Positions 61,121 to 64,000 of a stretch of DNA of 64,000 nt are shown one piece after another. The position numbers and the translations under genes were made by a program. Each line of letters opens with the position of its first letter. Within the stretch, counting starts at the first letter, position 1. This DNA is from Ranitomeya imitator (Eukaryota). Location of the stretch: assembly GCF_032444005.1 (NCBI RefSeq), contig NC_091283.1:271002001-271066000 (forward strand), written 5' to 3'. The notes under the pieces were generated by a model that worked only from the letters and a program-made list of their open reading frames with translations, was not told the DNA's origin and did no database searches.

Positions 61121-62805
61121 AAGACACAAAAGCGCAGAGAGGTAAAAAAAAATACTCTGTTGTAAAAAAGTCACAGTAAATAAGCAAGTGCTAGTCAAAA
61201 AATGAAAAAATACAGGGTATTTAGTTAATACGTTTTTTTTGCAAAAAAAGTATGTTAAGCTGCTCCAACAATCGCCAAGGTATACCCATAATAGAGCAGT
61301 CCTATCTAATGTATATAATCCCTATCTGATGTATTTAAAAACCTGATCATCTGTATAGTACCTGTATGAGCAGGGTTCAGAGAGAAAATATCCACGTAGA
61401 ACATGCGAGATGGAACAGCTACAATGCAAATGATCCACAGAGGAGTGGTGGACTCCCCAGTCTTGTAGAAACAAGAGAACAATTATAAAACAAAAAAACA
61501 CATGGGCTACTTGCACAGTGAACAAGTCTGTAGGAACCTGTTCACACCACCAAAGAACTTGAAGACACAAAAGAGCACAGAGAGGTCAAAAATACTCTGT
61601 TACATAGTAACATAGTAACATAGTTAGTAAGGCCGAAAAAAGACATTTGTCCATCCAGTTCAGCCTATATTCCATTATAATAAATACCCAGATCTACGTC
61701 CTTCTACAGAACCTAATAATTGTATGATACAATATTGTTCTGCTCCAGGAAGACATCCAGGCCTCTCTTGAACCCCTCGACTGAGTTCGCCATCACCACC
61801 TCCTCAGGCAAGCAATTCCAGATTCTCACTGCCCTAACAGTAAAGAATCCTCTTCTATGTTGGTGGAAAAACCTTCTCTCCTCCAGACGCAAAGAATGCC
61901 CCCTTGTGCCCGTCACCTTCCTTGGTATAAACAGATCCTCAGCGAGATATTTGTATTGTCCCCTTATATACTTATACATGGTTATTAGATCGCCCCTCAG
62001 TCGTCTTTTTTCTAGACTAAATAATCCTAATTTCGCTAATCTATCTGGGTATTGTAGTTCTCCCATCCCCTTTATTAATTTTGTTGCCCTCCTTTGTACT
62101 CTCTCTAGTTCCATTATATCCTTCCTGAGCACCGGTGCCCAAAACTGGACACAGTACTCCATGTGCGGTCTAACTAGGGATTTGTACAGAGGCAGTATAA
62201 TGCTCTCATCATGTGTATCCAGACCTCTTTTAATGCACCCCATGATCCTGTTTGCCTTGGCAGCTGCTGTTGTAAAAAAAATTACAGTAATAAGCAAGTG
62301 CTAGTGGTGTGAACAGGTTTCTACAGACTTGTTCATTATGCAAGTAGCCCATGTGTTTTTGGTTCTATAATTGTTCTCTTGTTTCTACAAGACTGGGGAG
62401 TCCATCACTCCTCTGTGGGTCATTTGCATTGTAGCTGTTCCATCCTGCATGTTCACATGTATATTTTTTCTCTCTGAACCCTGCTTATACAGGTACTATA
62501 CAGATGATCAGGTTTTTAAATACATCAGATAGGGATTATGTACATTAGATAGGACTGCTCTATTATGGGTATACCTTGGCGATTGTTGGAGCAGCTTAAC
62601 ATACTTTTTTTGCAAAAAACGTATTAACTAAATACCCTGTATTTTTTCATTTTTTGACTAGCACTTGCTTATTTACTGTGACTTTTTTACAACAGAGTAT
62701 TTTTTTACCTCTCTCTGCGCTTTTGTGTCTTCAAGTTCTTTGGTGGTGTAAACAGGTTTCTACAGACTTGTTTACTGTGCAAGTAGCCCATGTGTTTTTG
62801 GTTTT
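61121..62805. mobile_element. Insertion made of direct and inverted copies of a ~441-bp unit (Penelope-like terminal architecture), with nested CR1
   Basis: AAGACACAAAAG recurs at 61121 and 61562; 62306-62805 is the reverse complement of the unit. Confidence 0.6.
61602..62267 (-). mobile_element. 5'-truncated CR1 LINE (ORF2 C-terminus, 3' UTR, 8-bp repeat tail)
   Basis: KANRIMGCIKRG...YKSLVRPHMEYCVQFWAP...LERVQRRATKL...FFTVRAVRIWNCLP; tail (ACATAGTA)n; TGTT duplicated at 61598-61601 and 62268-62271. Confidence 0.93.
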
Positions 62806-63676
62806 GTGACTGGTACTATGTACACGCTACTGCCGGTACTATGACTGGCACTGTGTACGCATTACTGCCAGTACCATCAGTACTATGCCCGGTACTATGT
62901 GTGCACTACTGCCAGTACCATCAGTACTATGCACGCTACTGCCGGTACTACCAGTACTATGACTGGCAATGTTACCGAATCCATCTCTTCCTAATGTAAC
63001 TGGGCCACTATTCCCACTCAAACTATCCAGAGAAAAACCAAGTGCTCCTGAACTGTGCTGCCTCCTCCGGAGCTTCCTGCCGCCTGTCACAAGGATTAGA
63101 GGGGGAGAAAACATGGCTGCCTCCAGAGAGGAGCACACAAGGCTCGTCCCGCTGTGATCATGGACAAAGCAGCAGCAAGAAAGAGGAGTCTCTGTGTCCG
63201 GTCTGTTCTTTATTCCTTTCCTCAGGTTCATGGTCAGCGCTCCTTCAAGAAATTGACAAGACAGCAACAAACGTGTATCTTCTCCTCGTCTCCTTGTAGA
63301 TAAACCCAAACCGCCACTCTCTGCTGGAACCAAGCAAAATGCTGCAAAACGCTGCCATAAACCGCTGCATGGTCCCCGAAATGTGCTGATGGGTGGGAGC
63401 CGGGCCCAAAATATCCGCATGACAAGATGGTGGGAGGTGAGAAATCAGGACTCACAGATGTCCGCATTGTCCCCACAGACTCCTTCCATCTCCAGGTACA
63501 AGAGAACCGCCACCCCGCGTCTCATATGGCCGTCTTACAGTGCTGGGGCCAAGATGTCCTCATCTCCTTGTCAACGTAGATGTAGATCCAAACCAAGAGT
63601 GGAAGAACGGAGACCGAGACCGCCACAAATAACCTCACACCGCCAACCGTGGCTCTGGAAAACCGCAACAATATTA

Positions 63677-64000
63677 TACACAGAGGGCAGTATTATAGCA
63701 GTTATATTCTTGTACATAGGAGCAGTATTATAGTAGTTATATTCTTGTACATAGGGGCAGTATTATAGTAGTTATATTCTTGTATATAGGGGGCAGTATT
63801 ATAGTAGTTATATTCTTGTACATAGGGGCAGTATTATAGTAGTTATATTCGTGTATATAGGGGCAGTATTATAGTAGTTATATTCTTGTACATAGGGGGC
63901 AGTATTATAGTAGTTATTTTCTTGTACATAGAAGCAGTATTATAGTAGTTATATTCTTGTACATAGGGGCAGTATTATAGTAGTTATATTCTTGTACATA
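63677..64000 (+). repeat. 35-bp satellite (same family and orientation as 1-1621), runs off window end
   Basis: Same unit. Confidence 0.95.

Noticed and set aside
61720-62304. Plus-strand 194-aa ORF
   Set aside because: Antisense shadow of CR1 ORF2; the many small ORFs antisense to the TRIMs and Tx1 are likewise shadows.

Overview
Eukaryotic, vertebrate DNA, most likely a frog (inferred from the repeat families and TRIM type; not verifiable here). The genic content is (i) a three-coding-exon Mn-dependent ADP-ribose/CDP-alcohol diphosphatase (ADPRM-like) gene on +, and (ii) a cluster of single-coding-exon RING/B-box/B-box/coiled-coil/PRY-SPRY TRIM genes (TRIM25/finTRIM-like). Four TRIMs have open frames on the minus strand; a fifth is an inverted pseudogene lying head-to-head with its closest paralogue. 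The rest is repeat: satellites with 15-55 bp units, a satellite-laden putative Helitron, Harbinger-, piggyBac- and Kolobok-type MITEs (one self-nested), a solo LTR, RTE and CR1 fragments, and a near full-length L1/Tx1 element. Most notable: a 591-bp insertion with a 14-bp target duplication carrying a canonical minimal hammerhead ribozyme (retrozyme-like, ~358-nt monomer); a 30-aa coiled-coil/hairpin module tandemly amplified in one TRIM lineage (1 copy in three paralogues, 4 and 7 copies in the head-to-head pair); and selective loss of zinc ligands in otherwise open TRIM frames. Most long ORFs in the supplied track are artefacts of tandem repeats.
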